64,000 nt of DNA from Trueperaceae bacterium (GTDB lineage Bacteria; Deinococcota; Deinococci; Deinococcales; Trueperaceae): NCBI GenBank assembly GCA_965213925.1, contig OZ243927.1, positions 672,001-736,000 on the forward strand, written 5' to 3'. The translations under genes and the position numbers were made by a program. How positions within the stretch are numbered: position 1 is the first letter of the stretch; each line of letters opens with the position of its first letter. Below, piece after piece: positions 21,814 to 32,444 of the stretch. The notes beneath the pieces were generated by a model, which was not told the origin of the DNA, searched no databases, and saw nothing but the letters and a program-made list of their open reading frames with translations.

Positions 21814-23625
21814 TTACGACAATCGCCTATCCAACTCGAACGCCGCGCTGATGAGCCCTAAGTGCGTGAACGCCTGCGGAAAATTGCCGAGCTGCTGCCC
21901 GTACGGCCCGATCTCTTCAGAGAAGAGCCCGACGTGGTTGGCGTAGCCCAAAAACTTCTCGAATAGGAGCCGCGCTTTGGCGACCTCGCCCGCCCTCGCC
22001 AAGCATTCGATGTACCAAAACGAGCAGATATTAAAGGTGCCTTCCTTGCCACGCAAACCGTCGTCAGTTTTATCGTTGTGGTAGCGGTAGACCAAAGATT
22101 CATCGACCAACTCGTCCTCGATGACCTTTAAGGTCGAGAGCCATTTGGGGTCGTTCGGCGAGACGAATTTGACCAAGGGCATCAAGAGGCTCGAGGCGTC
22201 CACCGCGCGGGAGCCCTTAAACTGCACGAACGCCCCTCTATCCTCATCCCAGAAGTTTTCAAAGATGTCGTAGTAAATCTCGTCTCTGACCTTGTGCCAG
22301 CGCTCCAAGGGAGCCGGGAAGGAGCGCTTATGCGCCAAGCGAAAACCTCTGTCCACCGCGACCCAACACATGAGCCGGGAGTATAAGAACTCCTGCTTAC
22401 CGCTCCGCACCTCCCAGATGCCGTGGTCCTTGCGCCGCCAGTTCTCGCAGACCCAGTCGATCATGGTGATGAGGTGCTGCCACAAGTCGAACGAAATCGG
22501 CTCGCCGTACTTGTTGTACAGATAGACCGAGTCCATGAGCGTGCCGTACACGTCGAGCTGGAGTTGGTCGTAGGCGCTGTTGCCTAAGCGCACGGGCGCG
22601 GAGCCTTTGTAACCCTCTAAGTGCGTCAGGTTCTCCTCGGGGATTTCGCGCTCACCGTCGATGCCGTAGAGCGCTTGGAGGAGACCCCCATCTTCTAGCG
22701 CCTCGCCCGGTTCGGTGGATTCCGCCGCCCGCGCCGAAATCCACGCCATAAAGTCCGCCATCTCGTCCGTGTAGCCGAGCCTCGAGAGCCCGTAGACGGT
22801 GAACGACGCATCCCGAATCCAGGTGTAGCGGTAGTCCCAGTTGCGCTCGCCGCCCTCCTCTTCGGGCAGCCCCATCGTCGCGGCGGCGACGATGGAGCCC
22901 TCGGGCGCGTAGGTGAGGAGTTTTAGAGCGAGCGCCGAGCGGCGCATCTCTTCGCGCCAGCGCCCCCCGTAGGTCGAGAGGTTCACCCAGTTCTGCCAAA
23001 AGTTGAGCGTCTCCTTGAACGATTCCGAGGGGAACGCTTCTGCCGCGGCGGGCGAGTTCTCGCATTCCTCTTCTAACACGAACGACGCGGTTTCCCCTGC
23101 ACGCAGAGTGAATTCAGCGACGGCATCCCCGTCTTCCACCGCTAAGTCGACCTCGGAACGCAACACTAAGGTCAAGTCCTCCGACGAAAACCGCGCGCCC
23201 TCGTCGCACGTTTCAGCAGTGTGCTCCGCTCTCGCGTAGTCGAAGCGCGGCGCGCAGAGGAGGCGAAAGCGCATCTCGCCGCGGATGATCTTGACGCGCC
23301 GCACGACGCGGTGGTTGTGACCCTCTTTGATCGGCATAAAGTCCGAGAGTTCCGCCACGCCCTCTTCGGATAGAAAGCGCGTCAAGAGGATGTTCGAATC
23401 CGGCAGGTAGAGCTGCTTGCGCGTGACCTTCTGCTCCTCCTCTTGCGATAAGAGGGGCTCGAGCCAAAAACACCCGCCCTTATCCGCGTCTAGGAGCGCC
23501 GCAAAAATCGTCGGCGAGTCGAAGCGCGGAAAGGTCATGTAGTCGATCGCGCCGCCCTTGCTGACTAAAGCCACCGTATGCAAGTCACCGATGACCGCGT
23601 AATCCTCAATCGGTCTATACCTCAC
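21814..23625 (-). CDS. Glycoside hydrolase family 15 (glucoamylase/trehalase-like)
   Basis: IGDLHTVALV, PRFDSP, RNWDYRYTWIRDA, QLDVYG, GNFPQAFTH. Confidence 0.93.
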   Translation of the reverse strand: MRYRPIEDYAVIGDLHTVALVSKGGAIDYMTFPRFDSPTIFAALLDADKGGCFWLEPLLSQEEEQKVTRKQLYLPDSNILLTRFLSEEGVAELSDFMPIKEGHNHRVVRRVKIIRGEMRFRLLCAPRFDYARAEHTAETCDEGARFSSEDLTLVLRSEVDLAVEDGDAVAEFTLRAGETASFVLEEECENSPAAAEAFPSESFKETLNFWQNWVNLSTYGGRWREEMRRSALALKLLTYAPEGSIVAAATMGLPEEEGGERNWDYRYTWIRDASFTVYGLSRLGYTDEMADFMAWISARAAESTEPGEALEDGGLLQALYGIDGEREIPEENLTHLEGYKGSAPVRLGNSAYDQLQLDVYGTLMDSVYLYNKYGEPISFDLWQHLITMIDWVCENWRRKDHGIWEVRSGKQEFLYSRLMCWVAVDRGFRLAHKRSFPAPLERWHKVRDEIYYDIFENFWDEDRGAFVQFKGSRAVDASSLLMPLVKFVSPNDPKWLSTLKVIEDELVDESLVYRYHNDKTDDGLRGKEGTFNICSFWYIECLARAGEVAKARLLFEKFLGYANHVGLFSEEIGPYGQQLGNFPQAFTHLGLISAAFELDRRLS

Positions 23626-23704
23626 GCTGCCACCTCATCAAATAATGCAATTTTATAGACGCTCATCCTCTATAATAACGCACGCCCAGCCCTATAATGC
23701 CCAT

Positions 23705-24742
23705 ATGAACATTCTTGTCTTAGGCGGTACGAACTTTATCGGCGCACACGCGGTGCGGCGGCTCGCCTCGCCCAGTTCTACGTCACCGGGTCATGAGGTT
23801 ACGGTGTTTCACCGGGGTGAAACGGAAGCTGAATTGCCCGAAAGCGTGGAGCATATCTACGGTGACAGAAAGAGGTTACGCGAGTACCAAGAGGTGTTTG
23901 CGGGGCTCGAGCCTGATATTGTCTTGGATACCCTAGCGATGACCGAAGTGGACGCGAACGCTGTTGTAGAAACTTTTCAAGGACTCGCGAAGCGCTTGGT
24001 TGTGCTGAGCAGCGGCGACGTGTACCGCGCATATGGGCGACTTATCAAGCAAGACCCCGGTCCACCCGACCCTACCCCTCTTACTGAGGAATCACCTCTT
24101 AGAGATAAGCTCTATCCTTACCGAGACTATGCGGACGGTCCTGACGACTTCGAATACAGCTACGACAAAATTTTAGTCGAGCGCGCAGTGATGGCGCAGC
24201 CTGACGAATTGCCCGCAACCATATTACGTCTGCCGATGGTATTTGGCCCCGGTGACTATCAGCACCGCTTGTTCCCTTACCTCAAAAGGATGGACGACGA
24301 ACGCCCCTTTATTCTGCTCGCTGAGGATTGGGCGAGCGCAAGGGCTCTGCGCGGTTACGTTGAAGATATGGCGGAGGCAATTGCTTTATGTGTGACGAAA
24401 GAGGAAGCGGCGAACCGTGTCTATCACGTGGCGTATCAGGAAAACTATATGGAAGAGGTCTGGTTGGACGCGGTCGCTGAAACTGTTGGCTGGAAGGGCG
24501 ACGTTATCAAAATCCTGAACGGTGAGCTTCCTGAGAGTTTGCAACATCACATGGACATGAGGCAGGACTGGTCGGTGGACTCGAGGCGCATCCGCACCGA
24601 ACTCGGCTACGAAGAGATCGTGCCGCTCGAGGAAGCGTTGCGCCGTACGGTCGCGTGGGAGCGCGAACACCCGCCCGAAGAGGTTGACGTGAAAAAGTTT
24701 GACTACGAAGCTGAGGATGAGGTCGTCGGGCGTATAAGCTGA
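23705..24742 (+). CDS. NAD-dependent epimerase/dehydratase family protein
   Basis: MNILVLGGTNFIG, YDKILVE; TATAAT-N6-ATG leaderless start. Confidence 0.88.
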   Translation: MNILVLGGTNFIGAHAVRRLASPSSTSPGHEVTVFHRGETEAELPESVEHIYGDRKRLREYQEVFAGLEPDIVLDTLAMTEVDANAVVETFQGLAKRLVVLSSGDVYRAYGRLIKQDPGPPDPTPLTEESPLRDKLYPYRDYADGPDDFEYSYDKILVERAVMAQPDELPATILRLPMVFGPGDYQHRLFPYLKRMDDERPFILLAEDWASARALRGYVEDMAEAIALCVTKEEAANRVYHVAYQENYMEEVWLDAVAETVGWKGDVIKILNGELPESLQHHMDMRQDWSVDSRRIRTELGYEEIVPLEEALRRTVAWEREHPPEEVDVKKFDYEAEDEVVGRIS

Positions 24743-24940
24743 GCGGTCTGAATATGTTCTAAACTTCACATTTTGGTGCTCTTATACATTTTGTGAATCT
24801 GTGTAAGGTTTTTGTATGAGCCAAGAGGTCATACTAACGATAGCGTTTTCGAAGCTACTAAGCTTGCACCACGCTTATGAAATTTCGGTGGAGCCGAGGG
24901 TCTCAGGCGAAGCCCGGCGGGATTTCATTCCGCAGTGTGA

Positions 24941-25336
24941 ATGCTAGTCGATACTTTAGAGGGATATCTACAAACGATACCTGCTATACCTGGAGGAACC
25001 GTGAGAGAAGCTATTCGTAAAGCGATTCAAGATACTGCCGACGAACTCAGCCTAGACGTTGCGTTTTCGCTCGGCAGACGGCAGACGGATATTTTGGTCA
25101 TGCACCTTAAAGGCAAGCGCAAGCGCACCTTAGCCTTGCCGACCTATATCTTAGACATCTTCCCCGACGTGGACATCGAATTTATCCGCTCGGGCAGTAA
25201 CGGCAGCGATCATACGCTGACCGCCGTGGTGACGCAGAAGCTCTCGGAGCAGTCCGTGGAGGTGCAAGAGCGCCGCGCCAAACTCCGTTTACTCCTCACG
25301 CAGACGCCGGAGATGCCCTCGCTCAACGCCGACTAG
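24941..25336 (+). CDS. Hypothetical protein
   Basis: Intact 131-aa ORF filling an intergenic gap; direct-repeat promoter at 24802-24835. Confidence 0.6.
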   Translation: MLVDTLEGYLQTIPAIPGGTVREAIRKAIQDTADELSLDVAFSLGRRQTDILVMHLKGKRKRTLALPTYILDIFPDVDIEFIRSGSNGSDHTLTAVVTQKLSEQSVEVQERRAKLRLLLTQTPEMPSLNAD

Positions 25337-25401
25337 TCACCGAGTACACGAACGCTAGACCCTCACCTTCCTGTTATAACGAACGCAGGAAGGTGATTTT
25401 T

Positions 25402-26445
25402 ATGCCTCACAGCATAGAACAGAACAGCGCAGAACAGAATACGCGGATTTTACTCTCAAGCCGTCCCCAAGGCTGGGTCACGCAGGAGAACTTCGACACG
25501 GTTCAAACGTCCGTCCCAGAAGCCGAAGAGGGACAGATGCTCGTGCGCAACCTCTGGCTCTCTTTGGACCCCTACATGCGCGGGCGGATGAACGACGCCG
25601 AGTCGTACGTGCCGCCTTTCCAGGTTGGCGAAGCCTTGCAGGGTCAAGCGGTGGCGGAAGTCGTGGCGTCGAAACACGAAAAATTCAGCGAGGGCGACTT
25701 GGTCACGGGCATGTTCGGCTGGGAAGAGTATTCGCTTTCCGGTGGCGAAGGCGTGCGTAAAGTTGAGCGGAGCGGCGTTCCCCTCTCCTACTATTTGAGC
25801 ATCCTGGGCGTCACCGGGCTCACGGCGTATCTCGGACTGTTCGATGTCGGCGGCTTGAGAGAGGGCGAGACGCTCTTCGTCTCGGCGGCGGCGGGCGCAG
25901 TCGGCAGCGCGGCGGGGCAGATGGCGAAGCTCAAAGGCTGCCGCGTGGTCGGCACGGCGGGCTCGGATGAGAAGGTCGACTACTTGACGAACGAGCTAGG
26001 CTTCGACGCGGCGTTCAACTATAAAACCTCCAAACTGAGCCAGGCACTAAAAGAGACCTGCCCGGACGGAATCGACCTCAACTTCGAGAACGTGGGGGGA
26101 GACATCTTAGAGGCGGTCCTACCCCGCATGAACAACTTCGGGCGCATCACGGTCTGCGGCATGATCGCGCACTACAACGACGAGACGCCGCGCCCCGGTC
26201 CGCGCACCTTGCCGCTCGTCATCAGCAAGCGGCTCAAGTTGCAAGGCTTCATCGTTTCGGACCACTTGGACCGGATGAAGCCCTTTGTTCAAGAGATGAG
26301 CGGTTGGATAGCCGAGGGTAAAGTTAAGCAGCGTGAGACAGTCGCTGAGGGAATCGAGAGTGCGCCGGGGGCGTTTATCAAGATGCTGGAGGGAGACAAA
26401 GTCGGCAAGCAACTTGTGAAGGTCGGCGAGGAGCCGAGCGCATAG
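25402..26445 (+). CDS. NADP-dependent oxidoreductase (MDR, CurA/prostaglandin reductase-like)
   Basis: LSLDPYMRGRM, VSAAAGAVGS, FENVGG, CGMIAHYN. Confidence 0.92.
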   Translation: MPHSIEQNSAEQNTRILLSSRPQGWVTQENFDTVQTSVPEAEEGQMLVRNLWLSLDPYMRGRMNDAESYVPPFQVGEALQGQAVAEVVASKHEKFSEGDLVTGMFGWEEYSLSGGEGVRKVERSGVPLSYYLSILGVTGLTAYLGLFDVGGLREGETLFVSAAAGAVGSAAGQMAKLKGCRVVGTAGSDEKVDYLTNELGFDAAFNYKTSKLSQALKETCPDGIDLNFENVGGDILEAVLPRMNNFGRITVCGMIAHYNDETPRPGPRTLPLVISKRLKLQGFIVSDHLDRMKPFVQEMSGWIAEGKVKQRETVAEGIESAPGAFIKMLEGDKVGKQLVKVGEEPSA

Positions 26446-26685
26446 GGACGCCTACTCCTCAGGGGCGATTCATACAGTGATGAATATGTGCCCCTACACA
26501 GCGCCGCATCACCTTTTGGTCTTTAGCTGAATCACCCAGCCTCTTTTCGAAAAGGCTCGAGCCAAAACACGACCCCCTCAACCTCTTCTCCGCGCTTCAT
26601 TCGCGTCCTCAACCTCTTTTCACAGGTACACCGTAGTAACCCCCACAACTCGTGATAGACTTGCGCGTGCAGTCAAATCTGCAAC

Positions 26686-26841
26686 ATCGCTGTCGGACAG
26701 AAAGAGGGGCTTTGTGGCAAGCTTGCGGAAATACTGCTGCAAAGGTTCGCAGATATCATCTCGTAATATATGCGCTAGTCACCACCTTTTTGACTGAGCG
26801 CGTTCGTGACCGGATGATGCCTGCTGCTTTTGTCTGACGAT
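26686..26841 (+). ncRNA. Candidate structured 5' leader RNA (three-way junction) of hppA
   Basis: Three compatible helices found by eye: 26692-26704/26827-26838, 26710-26719/26735-26744, and 26749-26781/26791-26824; TAGACT -10 at 26656. Confidence 0.5.
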
Positions 26842-26858
26842 TTCTTAGTGGAGGGTCT

Positions 26859-28985
26859 ATGAGGTTTTTGATTATCCTGATTCCGCTCTGCGCCGTAGGT
26901 GCGCTTGTAGCGGCAGCTTACTTTGCGCAGCGCATCCTCGCCGCCGAGACCGGCAACGCGCGCATGGTCGAGATTTCGGACGCCGTCAAGCAGGGTGCGA
27001 TGGCGTACATGAGCCGCCAGACGCAAACCATCGCGGTGGTCGCGGCGATCATTACCGCGCTCTTCGCCGTCGTCGCGCTCACGCAGAGCGGCTTCCAAGC
27101 GACGCTCTGGTGGTGGACCACGGCGGGCTTCGTCGTCGGGGCGCTCTTTTCGGCGATCAGCGGCTATATCGGTATGAATATCGCGGTGCGCACGAACGTG
27201 CGCGTGGCGCAGTCCGCGCGGAGTGGGCTTTTAGGGGCGCTGGAAATCGCCTTTAATGGCGGCGCGGTCGCGGGTCTCGCGGTAGCAGGCTTGGCACTTT
27301 TAGGCGTGAGCGGTTTCTTCTTTTTGTTCTATTCGGTCTTCAGCCTAGAGAACCCCGTTGAACCTCTTGTCGGCTTCGCCTTCGGCGCGAGTCTGATCAG
27401 CCTCTTCGCCCGCGTAGGCGGCGGCATCTACACGAAAGCGGCGGACGTTGGCGCGGACTTAGTGGGTAAGGTCGAGGCGGGCATCCCCGAGGACGACCCG
27501 CGTAACCCAGCCGTTATCGCGGACAACGTCGGCGATAACGTCGGTGACTGCGCAGGCATGGGCGCGGACCTCTTCGAGACCTACGCGGTCACAGCCATCG
27601 GTGCGGTCTTTTTAGGCTACCTGCTCCCTGGCACGGGCGAGATTACGGCGCTCGTTATCTATCCTTTAGTCCTCGGCGCGATCGCCATTTTAGCGAGCGT
27701 CGCAGGCGTTTTCTTTGTCAAGCTGGACGACGACCTAAACATCATGAAGGCGCTCTACAAAGGTGTCTTCGTGAGCGCGGGCATCAGCGTGGTGGGCTTT
27801 TTCCTCGTCTCGATCATCGCCTTCGCTCGCTTCGACTTCTCAGCGGTCGGGCTCGTCTCAGAACTCACCGGGCTCAGCACCTTCCCGCCCACGACGAACT
27901 GGTTCACGGTCTTTTTAGCCTCTGTGGTCGGCATGGGCGTCGTGCTCCTCCTGATGTTCATCACCGAGTACTACACCTCGACTCGTTACGCGCCTGTGCA
28001 ACGTGTGGCGCGTGCGTCGGAGACGGGTAGCGCGACGAACATCATCAGCGGCTTGGCGGTCGGGATGCAGAGCACCGCGGTTCCCGTGGTTATCCTCGCG
28101 TTTGCGATTTTCTTCTCCTATCAGCTCGCCGGGCTCTACGGCATCGGCGTCGCGGCGGTCGCGATGCTCTCGGTGACGGGCATGATCGTCGCGATGGACA
28201 CTTACGGACCGATTACCGACAACGCGGGCGGCATCGCTGAGATGAGCGAATTGCCCGAAGAGGTCAGGGAAGTGACCGACGCGCTCGACGCGGTGGGCAA
28301 CACGACGAAAGCGGTCACGAAAGGCTACGCCATCGGCTCGGCGGCATTGGCGGCGTTGGTTCTCTTCGCGGACTACACCTACCGCTTGAATCAGGGCACG
28401 GATGAGTTCGTGTTCCGTTTAGACGATCCCATCGTGCTCGTCGGGCTCTTCCTCGGCGCGATGTTGCCCTTTCTCTTCTCGGCGTTCCTCATGGAGTCGG
28501 TAGGTAAAGCGGCGGGTAGCGTCATCGAAGAGGTGCGCAGGCAGTTCCGCGACATTCCGGGCATTATGGAAGGTACCGCCAAGCCCGAGTACGGCAAAGC
28601 CGTAGACATCGTGACCCGCGCAGCCCTCCGCGAGATGGCGCTACCCGGTATCCTTGCCGTTGCTGCGCCCCTCCTCGTCGGCTTCTTGTTCGGACCGCTC
28701 GCGCTCGGCGGGCTGCTCATCGGCGTGATCGGCAGTGGTCTAATGATGGCTTTGATGATGTCCAATGGGGGCGGCGCGTGGGACAACGCGAAGAAGTACA
28801 TCGAAGACGGCAACCACGGCGGCAAGAACAGCGAGGCCCACGCGGCGTCGGTTGTGGGGGACACCGTTGGCGACCCCTACAAGGACACAGCGGGTCCATC
28901 CATTAACCCGCTCATCAAAGTTATCAACACTGTGGCGCTGATTTTCGCAGGGATTATCGCGAGCGTCGGTGGGATTTTGATGTAG
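26859..28985 (+). CDS. hppA: Membrane-bound H+-translocating pyrophosphatase, K+-independent type
   Basis: [46 protein letters not shown] (Lys indicates K+-independent), [10 protein letters not shown]. Confidence 0.95.
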   Translation: MRFLIILIPLCAVGALVAAAYFAQRILAAETGNARMVEISDAVKQGAMAYMSRQTQTIAVVAAIITALFAVVALTQSGFQATLWWWTTAGFVVGALFSAISGYIGMNIAVRTNVRVAQSARSGLLGALEIAFNGGAVAGLAVAGLALLGVSGFFFLFYSVFSLENPVEPLVGFAFGASLISLFARVGGGIYTKAADVGADLVGKVEAGIPEDDPRNPAVIADNVGDNVGDCAGMGADLFETYAVTAIGAVFLGYLLPGTGEITALVIYPLVLGAIAILASVAGVFFVKLDDDLNIMKALYKGVFVSAGISVVGFFLVSIIAFARFDFSAVGLVSELTGLSTFPPTTNWFTVFLASVVGMGVVLLLMFITEYYTSTRYAPVQRVARASETGSATNIISGLAVGMQSTAVPVVILAFAIFFSYQLAGLYGIGVAAVAMLSVTGMIVAMDTYGPITDNAGGIAEMSELPEEVREVTDALDAVGNTTKAVTKGYAIGSAALAALVLFADYTYRLNQGTDEFVFRLDDPIVLVGLFLGAMLPFLFSAFLMESVGKAAGSVIEEVRRQFRDIPGIMEGTAKPEYGKAVDIVTRAALREMALPGILAVAAPLLVGFLFGPLALGGLLIGVIGSGLMMALMMSNGGGAWDNAKKYIEDGNHGGKNSEAHAASVVGDTVGDPYKDTAGPSINPLIKVINTVALIFAGIIASVGGILM

Positions 28986-29016
28986 CGTTACGGTTCCGCT
29001 GAGTTTTAAGCGTAGT

Positions 29017-29040
29017 ATCCCCTTCACTCGAGGGGGATTT
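29017..29040. terminator. Hairpin terminator after hppA
   Basis: ATCCCCTTC-ACTC-GAGGGGGAT-TT. Confidence 0.5.
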
Positions 29041-29885
29041 CATTTACGCCGCACCGCCACGATAATGTGCGTCCCGCCGTCCAAGTTCCCCGGCTCCGCG
29101 CACAGCTTTCGCTCCCACTCGAGCAGCCTCGCCCACACCTCCGGCTCCTGCTCGTATCTCGCGACCTCTTCGCTGTGAGAGGTCGTCAGATGGTTGGCGG
29201 CAGACGCGGTCAAAATCTCGCAGGCGTGACGCTCGAGCAAGTCCTTTAGCTCAGCCCACGTGTACATCTTCATGACGTGACCTCTTGCGAAGTCTTTAGA
29301 CAACACGCCCGTTTCGATGACCTCTTCGGCAGCGTCCAAACCGTGTAAGCGGAGAAAGTCCAAAACGCCTGGCAAAAAGATGCGCGTCGCGCCGACTTTG
29401 GACATGACGCTGAGGAGGAGCACGCCGCCCGGCTTCGTCACGCGGAGCAGCTCGGTGAGGGCGTCGTCGGCTCGTTCCATCACGTAGCTGAGCGGACCGC
29501 CATAGCAGAGGGTGGCGTCAAACGTGGCATTCTCAAAACGGGACAAGTCGGTGATGTCGAGTTGATGCCTGGAGACGACCGCCCCTTCGAGCCCTGCTTC
29601 TCTCACCCGCTTGCGGTTCTGCGCCAACTGTTCCTTAGAGATGTCGCCTACCGTCACCCTTGCGCCAACCTTGGCAAGTTCAAGGGTGAAGCGTCCTGGT
29701 CCCGCGCCTGCATCCAAAACAGCCATTCCTGGTTGGATAAACTTCTTCAGGTAGTGCGTATGTAGATGCAAACTCACGCGGTCTAAAGGTGCACTAAAGC
29801 GCTCCCACTCGCGCTCGCCGTAAGCGTCGAAGAAGTGGGCGATGTGCGTAGGATCGTACGCACCGTGTTTGGACTCGCCGGACAC
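29040..29885 (-). CDS. Class I SAM-dependent methyltransferase
   Basis: VLDAGAGPGRF, LLRVTKPGG. Confidence 0.88.
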   Translation of the reverse strand: MSGESKHGAYDPTHIAHFFDAYGEREWERFSAPLDRVSLHLHTHYLKKFIQPGMAVLDAGAGPGRFTLELAKVGARVTVGDISKEQLAQNRKRVREAGLEGAVVSRHQLDITDLSRFENATFDATLCYGGPLSYVMERADDALTELLRVTKPGGVLLLSVMSKVGATRIFLPGVLDFLRLHGLDAAEEVIETGVLSKDFARGHVMKMYTWAELKDLLERHACEILTASAANHLTTSHSEEVARYEQEPEVWARLLEWERKLCAEPGNLDGGTHIIVAVRRK

Positions 29886-29893
29886 GCCTTAGT

Positions 29894-30616
29894 TTACAGG
29901 TTGTCCTTGACGGTGAACGCCGCAACGGTCGTTTTTTGAGTTCGCTTAGTGAATGGACGGGTGGGCTGTTCTGCGCCTCTAGCGCCCCTCACCTGCGACC
30001 ATACGAACGCCACGATAAGGCTCAGCGCGAGCATCTCGCCGCCGTCCTCCGTCACTGCCACGCCACGCACCGACGTGTGGAGAAGGGCGCTATGCGCGAG
30101 GTCTAAACCGAGCCCGAAAAAGGCGAGAAACGCGAAGCGGTAGAAGAGGTGCCTCGAGAACCGTTTGACGCCAGGCGCGGCGCGAAGATAGGTGAAGAGC
30201 AGCGCGGCGAACACGACGACCCCCACCGCGCCCCAAACGGTGAACTCACCGAGGTCCCTAGCGCCCAACCCGAACGCGGGCACGAGCCCGAACCACCCTA
30301 TAGCCTCGCCGCCCAGCCTTTCGTGGATGCGCAGCGCGTCGTCGAGGAGCGCGAAGGTGAAGATTCCCGCCCAGACGCCGTAAGTCCAAGCCTTGTGGCG
30401 GGTAAAGAGAACAAGAAGCCCACTTGTAATAAACATGAACTTCAGGTACTGAAAGACTTCTGGTGCGCTGCCGTCCGTGTCAACGCTGAGCCACCAGAAG
30501 GCGTCACCGGATGCGAGCAGGACGCGCAGAACATGCGCCAAAATAAAGAGCGCGTCGAGGCTTAGGAGTAAAAGCAGCAGCTTAGAAAAATGTAGATGAC
30601 GCAGTACCTGGAGCAT
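29894..30616 (-). CDS. Multi-pass membrane hypothetical protein
   Basis: 6-7 TM segments; LDDALRIHERLG and EDGGEM motifs; start uncertain. Confidence 0.7.
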   Translation of the reverse strand: MLQVLRHLHFSKLLLLLLSLDALFILAHVLRVLLASGDAFWWLSVDTDGSAPEVFQYLKFMFITSGLLVLFTRHKAWTYGVWAGIFTFALLDDALRIHERLGGEAIGWFGLVPAFGLGARDLGEFTVWGAVGVVVFAALLFTYLRAAPGVKRFSRHLFYRFAFLAFFGLGLDLAHSALLHTSVRGVAVTEDGGEMLALSLIVAFVWSQVRGARGAEQPTRPFTKRTQKTTVAAFTVKDNL

Positions 30617-30891
30617 GATGACCTTTCTCGAGACGTTGCAGAGCGTCGGCATGAAGCAGCCGCGGCCCTGCCTGACACTCATCTGACAATTGACCATCAG
30701 TGTAGCTGTGAAATTATCAACATCGCCGGGCAACCGACACGTCTTCACCTTTAGGTTTTCTTAACCTTGTGCTCTGCGAACGTGCTACAAACCTGCGCAA
30801 GCTTGCTTACGGCTCCGTATGCTCAGTCGCAAAAAAGCGTACGGAGCACCCCGCCCTTCCCCCGCAGCCCGTTCATCCCTTATGATGGCGC

Positions 30892-31326
30892 ATGGACAAT
30901 CTCCACGACGAAGTAGCCAGCGCAGACTCGAACGAAACGCCCACCGCCAAGATGGAGCCCTCGACCCTGGGCGGCGTACCGGGCGTCGGTACGCTGCAGG
31001 TGGTCAGGGGTCAGAGGCGCGGTGACATTTTAGAAGTGTTGGGGACGTGGCGGCTCAAAGAGGACGACGAGCAGGACGTGAGCGAGCTGAAAGAGAGGCT
31101 CGAGTCCGGCAAAACCGTCACCTACAAGGGCAAGCTCGACGACCCCGACGAGCCCGAAAAGGACGAGATCGAGGTCGAGGTCAAGATTCTTTCCATCGAG
31201 ACCTACACGTACGAGGGCGAGGAAGAGGACGACGCGGGACCGGAGCGGACGCTCTACAACTACCGCTTGTCAGGCTCGCTTCCTTACATGGATGAAGAGG
31301 AGGACGCGCGGGGGAGTAAGCTTTAA
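30892..31326 (+). CDS. Acidic hypothetical protein
   Basis: D/E-rich 144-aa ORF; TATGAT-N5-ATG. Confidence 0.65.
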   Translation: MDNLHDEVASADSNETPTAKMEPSTLGGVPGVGTLQVVRGQRRGDILEVLGTWRLKEDDEQDVSELKERLESGKTVTYKGKLDDPDEPEKDEIEVEVKILSIETYTYEGEEEDDAGPERTLYNYRLSGSLPYMDEEEDARGSKL

Positions 31327-31372
31327 GGTAGCCGGCCGCGTCTTCATTCCCAACCCACCGAGAGAAGCTTTC

Positions 31373-32191
31373 CTAGTAAATCTCTGGCACGAACGTCTGG
31401 TCGCTCACCGGCGGGCGGATATAAGAGGTGTTCTCCTGCCTCGGCGGTAACTCTATCGGCTCGGGCGTGAGGTCTTCGTAGTCGATCACGCTCAAGAGGT
31501 GCGAGATGCAGTTGAGCCGCGCCCGCCGCTTCACGTCGGCGTCTACGACGTACCAGGGCGCTTGCTTGATGTCGGTATAGGCGAACATGGTGTCTTTCGC
31601 TCTGGAGTACTCCACCCACTTCTCTCTGGACTCCAAGTCCATCGGCGAGAGCTTCCAGCGTTTGGTGGGGTCTTTGATGCGGGACTGAAAGCGTTTCTCC
31701 TGCTCCTCGGGACTGACCGAGAACCAGTATTTGATGAGGATGATGCCGCTACGCACTAACATACGCTCGAACTCGGGGCAGGAGCGCAGAAACTCCTGAT
31801 ACTCCTCTTCGGTACAAAAGCCCATCACCCGCTCCACGCCCGCGCGGTTATACCAGCTCCGGTCGAATAACACCATCTCACCCGCCGCCGGGAGTTCTTC
31901 GACGTAACGTTGAAAGTACCACTGCGTCTTCTCGCGCTCTGTCGGCGTGCCCAAAGCGACGACGCGGCAAATACGCGGATTCAAGCTCTCCGTAATCCGC
32001 TTGATGACGCCGCCCTTGCCCGCCGCGTCGCGCCCCTCAAAGACCACCACGACTTTAAGTCTTTGCGCCCTAATCCACTCCTGCAACTTGACGAGTTCGA
32101 TCTGTAAGCGCTCGAGTTCCTTCTCGTAGACCTTCTTGCTTGGTTTGGATTTAGCTGCGCCGCTGCTTTTAGACTTCTTGGACTTCGCCAC
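31373..32191 (-). CDS. ppk2: Polyphosphate kinase 2
   Basis: FEGRDAAGKGG, WYFQRY, FDRSWYNRAGVERVMGFC, KRWKLSPMD. Confidence 0.96.
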   Translation of the reverse strand: MAKSKKSKSSGAAKSKPSKKVYEKELERLQIELVKLQEWIRAQRLKVVVVFEGRDAAGKGGVIKRITESLNPRICRVVALGTPTEREKTQWYFQRYVEELPAAGEMVLFDRSWYNRAGVERVMGFCTEEEYQEFLRSCPEFERMLVRSGIILIKYWFSVSPEEQEKRFQSRIKDPTKRWKLSPMDLESREKWVEYSRAKDTMFAYTDIKQAPWYVVDADVKRRARLNCISHLLSVIDYEDLTPEPIELPPRQENTSYIRPPVSDQTFVPEIY

Positions 32192-32444
32192 CTGTGCCTC
32201 CTCAGAGCCGAGTTATTAGACGTGATTTGTTAAAGTCTAACATTTTGGTATTTCGGGAGGGATTCAGCGCAGAACCGGCTGCAGGTTTGGTCTGACGCTA
32301 GACCTCTTCGTCTTTCGCACCACGACTTCTAAAAAGTTGGTCCTTAGCGGAGGCTCGAGCGTAGCGTTTAGGACTTTTTCGGCGTGGCAAAGGCACCTAA
32401 ATGTGCTCCGTAAGTCGACCGTAAGTCCGACCAGTTCGAGTCAG

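Noticed and set aside
24751..24768. Deinococcal RDRM (DdrO) motif
   Set aside because: Only half-site resemblance; no convincing 17-bp RDRM was found in the window.
24878..24927. Hairpin TGAAATTTCG...CGGGATTTCA in the leader of the ORF at 24941, as a riboswitch
   Set aside because: A single short stem with no recognisable aptamer motif.
32408..32430. CCGTAAGTC direct repeat upstream of ppk2, as a Pho box
   Set aside because: 11-bp spacing is present, but there is no appropriately placed -10 box and the orientation does not fit ppk2.
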